Notes under the pieces: model-generated | What the model was told of the DNA's origin: nothing | The model's input: the letters and a program-made list of their open reading frames with translations, nothing else | Databases searched by the model: none | Shown: positions 1 to 9,926 of the stretch, in pieces | Numbering within the stretch: the stretch's first letter is position 1 | How the letters are laid out: every line of letters begins with the position of its first letter | Program-made: the position numbers and the translations under genes | Source: an uncultured Verrucomicrobiae bacterium | Lineage (GTDB): Bacteria > Verrucomicrobiota > Verrucomicrobiia > Chthoniobacterales > UBA10450 | Assembly (NCBI GenBank): GCA_963726745.1 | Contig: CAVSDR010000006.1 | Location: 544,001-608,000, forward strand | Reading direction: 5' to 3' | DNA: 64,000 bases

Positions 1-1067
1 TTAGGCCGGCGAAAGCCGGCGGTCGAGAGCGGCACGCGTTCGCCGATCCCGGCGCGGCGTTTCGCCACTTCGAACATGCTGGCTATTTGCTGCGCAAAGA
101 CGCCTTCGCCGGTCTGCCGCACGCCCCAGCGCGCGTCGTAGACCTTCCCGTCGCCGCCGCGCAAGTCGCGGATGCGGCCGAGGACTTTCTCCTTCCGCCC
201 GGGGAAGTGTTCCTCCAGCCAGCGCTCAAAAAGCGGCGCCACCGCCCAGGGCAACCGGAGCACGACATAGCCGGCAAACTTCGCCCCGGCCTCGCCGGAC
301 GCTTTCAAAATTGCCGGCACTTCGTGGTCGGTAATGCCCGGGATGATCGGCGCGACCATCACGCCGGCAGGCACGCCCGCGGCGTTCAATTGCGCGACCG
401 CCTCCAGCCGCGCTTCCGGCGAGGAGGTGCGCGGCTCGAGGATGCGCTGGAGCTTCCGGTCTAACGAGGTGATGGAAAGGTTGACCGCGATCGCCTGATG
501 TTCCGCCAGCCGGCGAAAGAGATCGAGGTCGCGCGTGACCAGCCGATTCTTGGTCACGATGCCGACCGGGTTGCGGAATTTAGCCAGCACTTCGAGGCAG
601 CGCCGGGTCAGCTCGAGCTTCCGCTCGATCGGCTGGTAGGGATCGGTCACGCCGCTCAGGACCACCGTCTGCGGCTTCCATTTTGGCGAGGAAAGCTCCG
701 CCTCGAGCAGCTCGGGCGCGCGCTCCTTGACCATGATCTTGCTTTCAAAATCGAGCCCGGCGGAGAAGCCGAGATACTCGTGCGTCGGCCGCGCGAAACA
801 GTAAGCGCAGCCATGCTCGCAGCCGCGGTATGGATTCACGCTCGTCTCGAAGCCAACGTCCGGACTCTGGTTGCGCGAGATGATTGTCTTCGTGCCGTCG
901 CGAAAAAATTGCGAACGCAACGGCGGCCGCTCCTCCTCGGCGCCCGGCTCCACTGGGTCGAGCTCGACCTGCAACGCCTCGAAACGATTGGCGATATTCG
1001 CCGAGGCGCCGCGGCCTTTCGCGGCCTGGGGCGCACTGGTGAACTCTGCGCGAACCGGACGAAACAT
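1..1067 (-). CDS. Radical SAM protein, PA0069/Rv2578c family (3' end runs off the window)
   Basis: Hand translation (not in ORF track): MFRPVRAEF...VNPYRGCEHGCAYCFARPTHEYLGFSAGLDFESKI (CxxxCxxC), SGVTDPYQPIE, ...STAGFRRP at the edge. Confidence 0.9.
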   Translation of the reverse strand, partial: MFRPVRAEFTSAPQAAKGRGASANIANRFEALQVELDPVEPGAEEERPPLRSQFFRDGTKTIISRNQSPDVGFETSVNPYRGCEHGCAYCFARPTHEYLGFSAGLDFESKIMVKERAPELLEAELSSPKWKPQTVVLSGVTDPYQPIERKLELTRRCLEVLAKFRNPVGIVTKNRLVTRDLDLFRRLAEHQAIAVNLSITSLDRKLQRILEPRTSSPEARLEAVAQLNAAGVPAGVMVAPIIPGITDHEVPAILKASGEAGAKFAGYVVLRLPWAVAPLFERWLEEHFPGRKEKVLGRIRDLRGGDGKVYDARWGVRQTGEGVFAQQIASMFEVAKRRAGIGERVPLSTAGFRRP

Positions 1068-1170
1068 CCCGTATGTTCAACTGAACGCACCACCCTGTCC
1101 AGCCGGCGGGGCAATGTTTTCCGCGCCCCGGAGTTGCCCGAAGCCCAAGTTCAACGGAGGGAAAAGAGTC

Positions 1171-2532
1171 ATGGCTAAAACCACCCCCGCCCGGAGCAAG
1201 GGATCCCTGAGCGTGCTCGCCCGGCGTTCGCCATTCACCCGCCAGGTGGTCTTGCCGGCGGAGAACTTCATCCACAGCGAATCGATCAGCGCGCTCTTCC
1301 TGCTCGCGGCCGCGATCATCGCCCTGGCTTGGGCGAACTCGCCCTGGGCGCACTCCTACTTCGGCCTGCTCGAGACCGTGATCACGGTGAAGGTCGGGCC
1401 GCTCGACATCACCGAGACGGTCCACCATTGGATCAACGATGGCCTGATGACGCTCTTCTTTTTCGTCGTCGCCCTGGAAATCAAGCGCGAGCTCGTGCGC
1501 GGCGAGCTTTCCTCAGTCAAAAAAGCCGCCCTGCCGCTGGCCGGCGCCTTCGGCGGCATGCTCGTGCCGGTGATCATTTTTCTTGGCTTTAACTACGGGA
1601 AGGCGGGCGCGCATGGCTGGGGCATTCCCATGGCGACCGACATCGCCTTCGCCCTCGGGGTGCTCGCGCTTCTCGGGAACCGCATTCCGTTTGCGCTGCG
1701 CGTGTTCCTCCTGGCTTACGCGATTGCCGACGACATCGGCGCGATCCTGGTGATCGCGGTTTTCTACACCAACCACATCTCATACGTCGCGCTCGCCTGG
1801 GGTGCGGCGATCATTTTCGCGATCCAATGCGCCCGCGTCGCCGGCGTGCGCGACATCCCGGTCTACATCATCCTCGGCGCGCTCCTCTGGGTGGCCGTGC
1901 TCGAGTCGGGCATCCACGCGACCATCGCCGGCGTGCTCCTTGGCTTCATGACTCCGGCGAGCGCCTGGTTCGGCGCGCGGGAATCCACCCAGCAGATTCA
2001 CGATGCGCTCCCGGGTCTGGAGGATTCGGTGCAACAAAAGGACTACCCGCGCACGCAGGCGATTCTCGGCGAACTGGAAGTGCTCACCCACCACACGGAA
2101 GCGCCGCTGGAGCGAATCGAGCGAATCATGCATCCGTGGACCAGCTTCCTGGTGTTGCCGATTTTCGCGCTCGCCAATGCCGGGGTCGCATTCTCCCCGG
2201 AGATGGCGCGCTCGGCTCTCTCCAGCCCGGTCACGCTCGGGATTGCCGCCGGCTTGCTCGTGGGAAAACTGTTTGGCCTAACGACCTTTTCCTGGCTGGC
2301 AGTGAAGCTGGGCGCGGCCTCGCTCCCGAATGGCGTCGGCTGGCGCCACATCTGGGGCACGGCTTTCCTCGGCGCGGTCGGCTTTACCGTCGCCATCTTC
2401 ATCAGCGGGCTGGCCTACGACGACGCCCGCATGGTCGACCAGGCCAAGATCGGCATCCTCGCGAGCTCACTCGTGGCCGCGGTCGTCGGCTGGCTTTTCC
2501 TGCGCTTCGCCGTGCCGCCCGCGCGGGAATAG
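1171..2532 (+). CDS. nhaA: Na+/H+ antiporter NhaA
   Basis: WINDGLMTLFFFVVALEIKRE, GWGIPMATDIAFALG, AIADDIGAI, GVGFT-like motif; ATG at 1171 preferred over the ORF start at 871. Confidence 0.95.
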   Translation: MAKTTPARSKGSLSVLARRSPFTRQVVLPAENFIHSESISALFLLAAAIIALAWANSPWAHSYFGLLETVITVKVGPLDITETVHHWINDGLMTLFFFVVALEIKRELVRGELSSVKKAALPLAGAFGGMLVPVIIFLGFNYGKAGAHGWGIPMATDIAFALGVLALLGNRIPFALRVFLLAYAIADDIGAILVIAVFYTNHISYVALAWGAAIIFAIQCARVAGVRDIPVYIILGALLWVAVLESGIHATIAGVLLGFMTPASAWFGARESTQQIHDALPGLEDSVQQKDYPRTQAILGELEVLTHHTEAPLERIERIMHPWTSFLVLPIFALANAGVAFSPEMARSALSSPVTLGIAAGLLVGKLFGLTTFSWLAVKLGAASLPNGVGWRHIWGTAFLGAVGFTVAIFISGLAYDDARMVDQAKIGILASSLVAAVVGWLFLRFAVPPARE

Positions 2533-2542
2533 CCGGCAACTT

Positions 2543-3844
2543 CTACTCGAAACGGAGCGCCTTCACCGGGTCGAGCCGCGCCGCGAAATAGGCCGGGATC
2601 AACGCGGCTAACGAGCAGATGAGGAACGCGCCGATGCAGATTACGGCGACGTCGTGCGGCACCACCTCCGCGGGAATCTGCGAAAATTGGTAGACCTGCC
2701 GCGGGAAGACTTCGATTCCAAACGTGCCGGAAAGCCATTGGCTGAATTCGTTCCGGAAACGGATCAGCGTCATCCCCAAACCCAGCCCGCTCAGCGTGCC
2801 GAACACGCCCACGACCATGCCCTGCGCCAGGAAAACCCAGACGATTTGCCAGATGTTTGCGCCGATCGCCTTCATGATCCCGATCTCGCGCGTCTTCTGC
2901 ACGGTCACGGTGATGAGCGTGTTCATGATCCCGAACGCCGCCACGATGATGATGAAAAAAAGCAGGAAGAACATCACCGTGCGTTCGAGCCGCACGGCTT
3001 CGAAATACTGCGAGTTCATGTCGATCCAGGTCTGCGCGTATTCCGGCGGCTTGAGGAATTTCGTGATCGATTGCTTCACGCTTTCGGCCGCATACGGGTC
3101 GACCGTCTTGACCGTGATCCCGTGGAGCGCGTCCTCCAGCCCGTAGAGTTCCTGCCCCACGTGCACTGGCACGAGCAGGAACTCCGAGTCATGCAGGTAA
3201 TGCCCGGTCTCGAAGATGCCGGTAATCGTCAGCTCCTTCGGCAGAACGACGTCGCGCAGTTGGTCGAGCGCGGCCTTGTCCGCCGCCGCGTCTTTCGACT
3301 CCAGCTTCTTCAAGCCGTCCATGATCTGGCTGAGATTTCCCGGCGAATAGACCGTCAGCTTGTCGCCTACATCAATCTGGAGTTTGCGCGCCAGTTCCAC
3401 TCCCAGAATCGCGTTGTCCCCCTCGAGGTCGAGCTTTCCGCGAATGATAAATTTAGCCAGCGGGATGACCTTCTCTTCCTCCTCCGGATCAATCCCACGG
3501 ATCAACGGCGCCAGCCGGCGGCTCTCGAATTCCACGATCACCGGACCTTGCACGTAGGGCGCGGTCGCGACCACGCCCGGCGTGTTCCGGATTTTCACCG
3601 TCAGGTCGCGCCAATCGCTCAGCACATCCTGCGTGCTCACGAGGATGTGCGCGTCGAAGTCGATCACCTTCTGCCGCAGCTCCCGGTCAAAGCCGGTCAT
3701 GACCGCGATCACGAGGATGAGCACGGTCACGCCCAGCGTCACCCCAAGCACGGAGATGAGCGTGATGATGGAAACGAAAGTCCGCTTCGGCCGCAGGTAG
3801 CGCAGCGCGAGGAAGAGGCTGAATGGCAGTTTCAAGTCGCGCAT
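2543..3844 (-). CDS. Lipoprotein-releasing ABC transporter permease, LolC/LolE (FtsX-like) family
   Basis: ALRYLR...VIAVMTGFD N-terminus, KTREIGIMKAIGA, PAYFAARLDPVKALRFE C-terminus. Confidence 0.9.
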   Translation of the reverse strand: MRDLKLPFSLFLALRYLRPKRTFVSIITLISVLGVTLGVTVLILVIAVMTGFDRELRQKVIDFDAHILVSTQDVLSDWRDLTVKIRNTPGVVATAPYVQGPVIVEFESRRLAPLIRGIDPEEEEKVIPLAKFIIRGKLDLEGDNAILGVELARKLQIDVGDKLTVYSPGNLSQIMDGLKKLESKDAAADKAALDQLRDVVLPKELTITGIFETGHYLHDSEFLLVPVHVGQELYGLEDALHGITVKTVDPYAAESVKQSITKFLKPPEYAQTWIDMNSQYFEAVRLERTVMFFLLFFIIIVAAFGIMNTLITVTVQKTREIGIMKAIGANIWQIVWVFLAQGMVVGVFGTLSGLGLGMTLIRFRNEFSQWLSGTFGIEVFPRQVYQFSQIPAEVVPHDVAVICIGAFLICSLAALIPAYFAARLDPVKALRFE

Positions 3845-3886
3845 ACCGTCCGCAGAAACGCGGGCGAAGCCAGCGCGGAAATCGGA

Positions 3887-4011
3887 CGAACTAGACAGGA
3901 TTTACAGGATTAAGAAGATGAACAGGATCAAATGACTCAAAAGAAACCACGCGCCATCAGCCCACAGCAATCCTGTTCATCCTGAAAATCCTGTGAATCC
4001 TGTCTCGTTCG
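3887..4011. repeat. Intergenic inverted-repeat element built from 9-bp ACAGGAT-containing units (copy 1)
   Basis: Arms 3887-3928 and 3970-4011 are reverse complements at 36/42 positions; ACAGGAT recurs in a 9-bp register. Confidence 0.85.
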
Positions 4012-4021
4012 CCCGACCCGT

Positions 4022-4378
4022 TCAGACCGAGTGCGCCTGCATCTCCTCCAGGCTGACAAACTCGAGCGCGCTCGAATGCGTCGCTTCGAGATCGATCTTC
4101 CCGCCGCGGCCGCGCTCCATCGCCGCTTTCCAGCGGGTCACGCAGACGCACCATTTGTCGCCCGGCTTCAAGCCGGGAAAGCCGTACTCCGGTCGCGGCG
4201 TCATCAGGTCGTTCCCGTCGAGCACCGAGAAATCGAGGAAGTCGCGGTCCACCTCCACGCAGACGGTGTGCAGGCCCACGTCCTCCGGCCCGGTGCGACA
4301 ATAGCCATCGCGGTAAAAGCCGGTGAGCGGATCGCGGCAGCAGCACTTCAATTCCGTTCCCAGCACATTCGTCGGCAT
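4022..4378 (-). CDS. DUF2237 family protein
   Basis: MPTNVLGTELKCCCRDPLTGFYRDGYC...GNDLMTPRPEYGFPGLKPGDKWCVC...ATH. Confidence 0.9.
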   Translation of the reverse strand: MPTNVLGTELKCCCRDPLTGFYRDGYCRTGPEDVGLHTVCVEVDRDFLDFSVLDGNDLMTPRPEYGFPGLKPGDKWCVCVTRWKAAMERGRGGKIDLEATHSSALEFVSLEEMQAHSV

Positions 4379-4400
4379 GGTCGAAAAACGATTACAAACC

Positions 4401-4914
4401 GTGGCCGCGCAAGAGATGATCGCATTCTGGCTGCTTCCGGCGCCGGCGGAGCGCGCGGTTTTCGCGGCGCTCATCCGCGACTTCGCGCAACGCTGCGACG
4501 GCCCGGTCTTTGAGCCGCATCTCACCCTCGGCGGCGGGGAGCTCGAGGTTAAATTAGCCAGCGAGATGTTCGCAAAACTGCTGCCAGCGGCGCCGTTGGC
4601 ACTGGAGATTGAGCAGATCGGCTGGAGCGCGGAATACACGAAAACGCTGTTCGTCGGGTTCCGCCGCACGGCCGCCGTGGATGCGCTCAGCCGCGCAAGC
4701 GGCGGCGGCGGCGAGGAGTTCCAGCCGCACCTCAGCCTGCTCTACGCGCATCTGCCGGCCGCCCGGAAAGCGGAATTAGCCAGCGAGATCTCCCTTCCCT
4801 TTCACCCGCGTCCACTTCAACGCCGCGCAGATGATTCGCACGGAATTTCCCCTAACGAGCGGTGCGCAAGTCGAAGCCTGGCAAACGCTCGCGACCGGTC
4901 CGCTTTCCGGATGA
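4401..4914 (+). CDS. 2H-family cyclic phosphodiesterase (CPDase-like); frameshift near 4800
   Basis: Two HxT/S motifs (FEPHLTL, FQPHLSLLY); C-terminus continues in another frame (TRVHFNAAQMIRTEFPLTSGAQVEAWQ...*). Start uncertain (4377/4401/4416). Confidence 0.75.
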
Positions 4915-4996
4915 TGCGAGCATGACCGGCACCGACATCCTCCACCCAGACAAAGACTGACGGCCGCGCCGCTCCGGTCTAACTTCCCGGGAATTT

Positions 4997-6720
4997 ATGG
5001 ACGACATTGTGGGCATCGATCTCGGCACGACCAATTCGCTTATTGGTGTGATGGAAGCGGGCTTCCCGCTCCTGCTGGCGGATCGCGACGGGCGGCGGCT
5101 GACGCCTTCCGTGGTCCACTTTCCGAAGAGCGGCGCGCCGGTCGTGGGCCGCGCGGCGGAACGGATGCGCGTGCTCGACCCGGGGAACACGATCTACTCG
5201 ATCAAGCGCTTCATGGGCCTGCGCCCGGAGGAAATTTCCGCGACCGCGGCCGGCGTCGAATACTCGTTAGGCGAGCGCACGCCGGAAGAAATCTCCGCGC
5301 TCCTGCTCGCGAAATTGAAGGCGGACGCCGAGGCGGCGCTCGGGCGCAGCGTCAGCCGCGCGGTCATCACGGTGCCGGCGTATTTCAACGACGCCCAGCG
5401 CCAGGCGACGAAAACAGCCGGCGAATTGGCCGGCTTCACGGTCGAGCGAATCGTGAACGAACCAACCGCGGCCGCGCTGGCTTACGGTCTCGATAAACTC
5501 AAAAGCCGCGCAAAAATCGCGGTCTACGATTTTGGCGGCGGCACCTTCGACGTCTCGATCCTGGAGTTGAACCAAGGCCTCTTCGAGGTCCTCTCGACCA
5601 ACGGCAACACCCGTCTGGGCGGCGATGATATCGACCAGGCGCTCCTGGAGAAATTAGGCGACCAATCGAGCGCGCTGCGCGAAGCCGCGATCGCCGCGAA
5701 GCATCGTCTCTCGGAGGAGGAGACGGTCGCGATCGAGCTGCCGTTCCACCGCGGAACGGAGAGTTTTTCGCGCACGCTGACCCGCGCCGAACTGGAGGAA
5801 ATCGCGCGCCCGATCGTGGACCGCACCCGCGCGCATTGCCGCCGGGCGTTGGCCGACGCGAAGATTTCCGCCGGCGAACTCGACGAAGTCATCCTCGTCG
5901 GCGGAACCACGCGGATGCCGCTGGTGCAGCGGACGGTCGCAGGAAATTTTCGGCCGCGCGCCGAACCTTTCGCAGAATCCGGACGAAGCCGTCGCCCTCG
6001 GCGCGACCATTCAGGCCGGGATTCTCTCGGGCGCAATCAGCGACCTCGTGTTGCTCGACGTCACTCCGCTCTCGTTAGGCATCGAGACCTTCGGAGGATT
6101 AACCAGCGTGATCATCCCGCGGAATTCCACCATCCCGGTGAAAGCCGGCGAGATGTTTACCACCGCGGTGGCGAATCAGACGGCGATGCGGATCAAGGTC
6201 CTGCAAGGCGAGCGCGAGATGGCGCGGGACAACTGGCCGCTGGGCGAGATTCGAGCTCGAGTTCGCCCCGGCCCCGAAAGGCGTGGCCCGCGTGGGCGTG
6301 CAATTCGAGATCGACGCCAACGGCATCCTCCATGTGCTCGCGCGCGACACCCTCACTGGCCACGAGAAAACCGTGGAGATCAACAGTGCGGTCGATGTCT
6401 CCGACGAAGCGGTCGAGGCGATGCTGGCCGACTCCCTGGAACACGCTTTCGAGGACATGTCCGAGCGCGTCTGGACGGAGGCGAAACTGAAAGCCGACGA
6501 GTTGATCGCGGCGGTCGAGAGCGTTTTCGGAATTTTAGCCAGCGAGATCGACCCGGCGGAGAAGCAGCGGCTGGAGGAGTTGTTAGGCGAGGTGCGCACC
6601 GCCCTCGCCGCGGGGGAAGCGCAGCGCTTGAAGCGCGCCACGGCGACGCTCGACCAGGCAACCGAACCGCTGGCCGCGCGCCTGGTCGAGCGCGCGCTGG
6701 CCGCGGCTACGACTCGTTAG
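4997..6720 (+). CDS. Hsp70 family chaperone (DnaK/HscA-like); frameshifts near 5945 and 6250
   Basis: [72 protein letters not shown] spread over three frames. Confidence 0.9.
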
Positions 6721-8500
6721 GCGAAGCGGCCGGCGATGGGCTGGCCACGGGGGCGGCCACTTTAGCCAGCGCCTCGTCGAGGAGCTTCTTTTCCTCGAGG
6801 AAAAGCGGGCCCTTCTGCGCCGCCTCGAGATATTCCGCCGCCGCCGGCGGGTCGTTATTATCGAGATAAAGCAGGGCCACGTAGACCGCGGCATGCGGGT
6901 CGCGCAATTCCTCCTTGGGCAATTTGCCGACCACTTCCAGCGCCTCCGCAGTGCGGCCGGAGCTGTAGAGCGCAAAGGCATAGATGACTGCGGCGTGCGC
7001 ATCCTCCGGCGCGGCCTGGTAGGTCTCGCGCGCGACGCGCTGGGCTTCCTCGGTATTAGGAGCAAGCAGGAGCGCGAGGCGCGCGTAATTCCAAGCCAGC
7101 GGAAGCTCGCGCGGGGAACTTTCGTGCAGTTGCCGCGCGATCAGGAGGAGCTCCGGGAGATCGTTGGCGGCGCGGGCGTTGCGGTAGAGATTGTCGAGCG
7201 CTTCGCGACGCAGCGGCGGATTCCGGGCCACCCGCGTCCAGAGATTCTTCGCCTCCGCATTCAAATTCCAGCGACTGGCGAGCCGCGCGAGCGTGGCCTC
7301 GCGCTCGGGGGCGTCGGCAGCGGCCTTCTCGGCGGCGTGCCAAAGCGAATCGGCTTCCGCGCCCGCGCTCGCCTGCTGCGCCTGGCGGGCAGCGTAGGAT
7401 TGGTAGGCCAGCCGGAGAAATTCCGCATCGCCCCACTGGCCGCTGCGCGTCCAACGTTTTAAGCGGGACCAGTTTTTCAAGGCGGCGAAACTCTCCGCGA
7501 TCGCGACGGCCGCGGGCGGCTTCGCGGCCAGTTCGGGCGGCAATTTATCCGTCCACTTGAGCGCTTCCGCGGCGAGGCTGTTGCGGTTGAGCCACTCGAC
7601 CAGGGCGCCGACATCGGCCGGCGTGCGCGCCGCGACCGGCTTCACTTTTTCCAGGAGCGCGCTGAATTTTTTCTCGTCCAGCTTCCGGTAAAACTCGAGG
7701 CAGAGCAGGAGGTCGTTGAAGGTGACCTGCTGGGTCATCTGCAGGTCCTGCGCGAGACGGTCGGCGCGCTCGAGATCGTTTCGCTGGATGGCGTCGTTCA
7801 GAAGCGCGCGGATCGCGCCGGTGCGATAGCCAGCGACTTTGCTCAAACGCTCCAGCGTCTCGCGGGCGCGGGTGTTTTTCTCGGGATCAGGCGAACGCAC
7901 CTGGAGGACGGCGAGGTTGAACTGGTAGAGATCGTTGGCTGGTTCCTGCTGGACCGCGGCGGCGAAATGCTTCTCCAGTTCGCCATCGTTTCCCTGCGCG
8001 CGCGCCAGCCAGCCGGCGACAACATGGTAGGCCGCGCGGTCGCGCTCTTCCGGGCGCACGCGGTCGAGCGCGCGCGCGGCCACGTCGAGCTGACCAAAGC
8101 GCAGCGCGGCGGAGGCGAGGTTGAGCTGCGCCTCGGCATTGCCCGGCAGGATGCGCGCGATTTGCGCCCGCCAGGCGACCGTCTCGGCGCGGTTTTGCTT
8201 CTCCGTGGCGTCGGCTAAAATCTGGTAAGCCGGGAGCGACTCCGGCGAAACCCGGAGCATCTGGTGCGCGGCCCGGCTGGCGCCTTCGAGGTCGCCTTTT
8301 TCCTGCAGGGCAACGGCGCGTTGCAGCAGACGGCTTTGACGCCAGCCGGTGTAGGCGCGCGGCGCATAGGTGGTGAAAAGCAGGCCCAACCCCAAACCGG
8401 CGACGATCGCGAGCGCGTAAAGCAGGTAACGCGTGCGCGCGGCGAGAGCGTGTCGACTGCGCTTGCGTTTACGCCGAACGCGTCTGACCTCCTTTGCCAT
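6707..8500 (-). CDS. Membrane-anchored TPR-like helical protein
   Basis: Basic N-terminus plus one TM helix, then Ala-rich helical repeats ([23 protein letters not shown]); ATG at 8500. Confidence 0.7.
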   Translation of the reverse strand: MAKEVRRVRRKRKRSRHALAARTRYLLYALAIVAGLGLGLLFTTYAPRAYTGWRQSRLLQRAVALQEKGDLEGASRAAHQMLRVSPESLPAYQILADATEKQNRAETVAWRAQIARILPGNAEAQLNLASAALRFGQLDVAARALDRVRPEERDRAAYHVVAGWLARAQGNDGELEKHFAAAVQQEPANDLYQFNLAVLQVRSPDPEKNTRARETLERLSKVAGYRTGAIRALLNDAIQRNDLERADRLAQDLQMTQQVTFNDLLLCLEFYRKLDEKKFSALLEKVKPVAARTPADVGALVEWLNRNSLAAEALKWTDKLPPELAAKPPAAVAIAESFAALKNWSRLKRWTRSGQWGDAEFLRLAYQSYAARQAQQASAGAEADSLWHAAEKAAADAPEREATLARLASRWNLNAEAKNLWTRVARNPPLRREALDNLYRNARAANDLPELLLIARQLHESSPRELPLAWNYARLALLLAPNTEEAQRVARETYQAAPEDAHAAVIYAFALYSSGRTAEALEVVGKLPKEELRDPHAAVYVALLYLDNNDPPAAAEYLEAAQKGPLFLEEKKLLDEALAKVAAPVASPSPAASPNES

Positions 8501-8541
8501 TGCCGCCGTCTCTATGCGTGAGCCGCTGGGGCTTTGCAACT

Positions 8542-9912
8542 CTAGGCGAGCGCTTCGCTTTTGGCCGGCTCCAGTTCCGGCGCCTCCTCCAGGATCTCCT
8601 CCACCTGCTCGCGCAAACGCGGGCCCCAAACATAGCGCGCCAGCAGCACCTTGATGGTGGCGGTTAAAGGCACCGCCAGGATCGGCCCGAGCAACCCGCC
8701 GATGAGCAAACCCCAGACGAAGATGGAGACGATCACGGTCATCGGATGGAGGCCGACGGAATTGCCGACAATCCGCGGGGCCACAAAGATGGCCTCGAGA
8801 TTTTGCACCCCGAAGAAGACCACGGTGATGAGCAGCGGATGCGTCCAATCGCCCCATTGCGCCGCGGCGATGAGGACCGCCGGCACCCAGCAAATCACGA
8901 TGCCGATGTAAGGGATCATGGTGAGCAGGACCACAAGCAAACCGATGAGCGGGGCGAAGTTTAGCCCAAGGAGCATGAGCGTGATGCCGATGAGGGTGCC
9001 GTCGACCAGGCAAACCAGGAGCTGCCCGCGAAAATAAGCGACGATGTAGCGATTGATTTGCCGAAGGACGGTCGCGACCTCGCTCTTAAACGGAGACGCG
9101 CGCAGCGGCAGGTATTCGGTCCAGTGCTCCTCGATCGCAGGCCGCTCCTTGAGCAGGAAAAAGAGATAGATCGGGACCATGATGAAGCTGAAAAGAAAGC
9201 CGGTGACGCCGAGAAAGCCGCCAATGCTGGTGCGCACGAGCGCCCAAACCTTCGCGGTCACGAGCGGAAGTTGATCCTGCAGATTCGGCAGCTGCTGCTC
9301 CACCCAGACCTGGATGCGCTCGCGCTCGGCGTTGCTGATGCGCGGCTGCGGCGGGCCGATGAAGTCGCTGGCAGCCGCCGAATCCTGAGCAGCGGGCTTG
9401 GCCTTTGGCCGGGGCGATGGCGAGGCCGCCGGCAGGAGCCAATCGACCAGGCTGGTGGCGACGGCATTGCGCGAGCTGCCGGCAAACGTGGTGTGGAAGA
9501 ATTGATTGTAACGAAAGATCAGGTCGACCGTGGAATCGCGCGCCTTGACCGTGTAAACGGGAAGCTCGCGCACGAAGGCGCCCGCCTGGAGCGAGACCGT
9601 GGGCACGAGCCAGCCCAAGAGCGCGACGAGCGCAAGGCCGGCGACGGCGAAGAGCAGCCAGATCGCCTTCGCCCGGCTCATCCGGCGACGGCTCAGGTGG
9701 GTGATCACCGGGTCGAGCAGATAGGCCAGGATCACGGCGATGGCTACCGGGATGAGGATTGGCTGGAGGAAACCAAGCAATCGCCCGAGCAACCAGACGC
9801 CGGAAGCGACGATGCCGACGAGCAGCACACCGAAGAGCGCCGAGAGCGCGGTCCACATGATCTTCCGCTGGGAGGCGGTGGGATACTGCGGCGACGATTC
9901 GTTAGGCGGCAT
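8542..9912 (-). CDS. AI-2E family transporter (PerM-like)
   Basis: LAYLLDPVI, YFRGQLLV, IPYIG, PRIVGNSVGLHP...GGLLGPILAVP. Confidence 0.9.
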   Translation of the reverse strand: MPPNESSPQYPTASQRKIMWTALSALFGVLLVGIVASGVWLLGRLLGFLQPILIPVAIAVILAYLLDPVITHLSRRRMSRAKAIWLLFAVAGLALVALLGWLVPTVSLQAGAFVRELPVYTVKARDSTVDLIFRYNQFFHTTFAGSSRNAVATSLVDWLLPAASPSPRPKAKPAAQDSAAASDFIGPPQPRISNAERERIQVWVEQQLPNLQDQLPLVTAKVWALVRTSIGGFLGVTGFLFSFIMVPIYLFFLLKERPAIEEHWTEYLPLRASPFKSEVATVLRQINRYIVAYFRGQLLVCLVDGTLIGITLMLLGLNFAPLIGLLVVLLTMIPYIGIVICWVPAVLIAAAQWGDWTHPLLITVVFFGVQNLEAIFVAPRIVGNSVGLHPMTVIVSIFVWGLLIGGLLGPILAVPLTATIKVLLARYVWGPRLREQVEEILEEAPELEPAKSEALA

Positions 9913-9926
9913 GATCGCAGCGAGCG

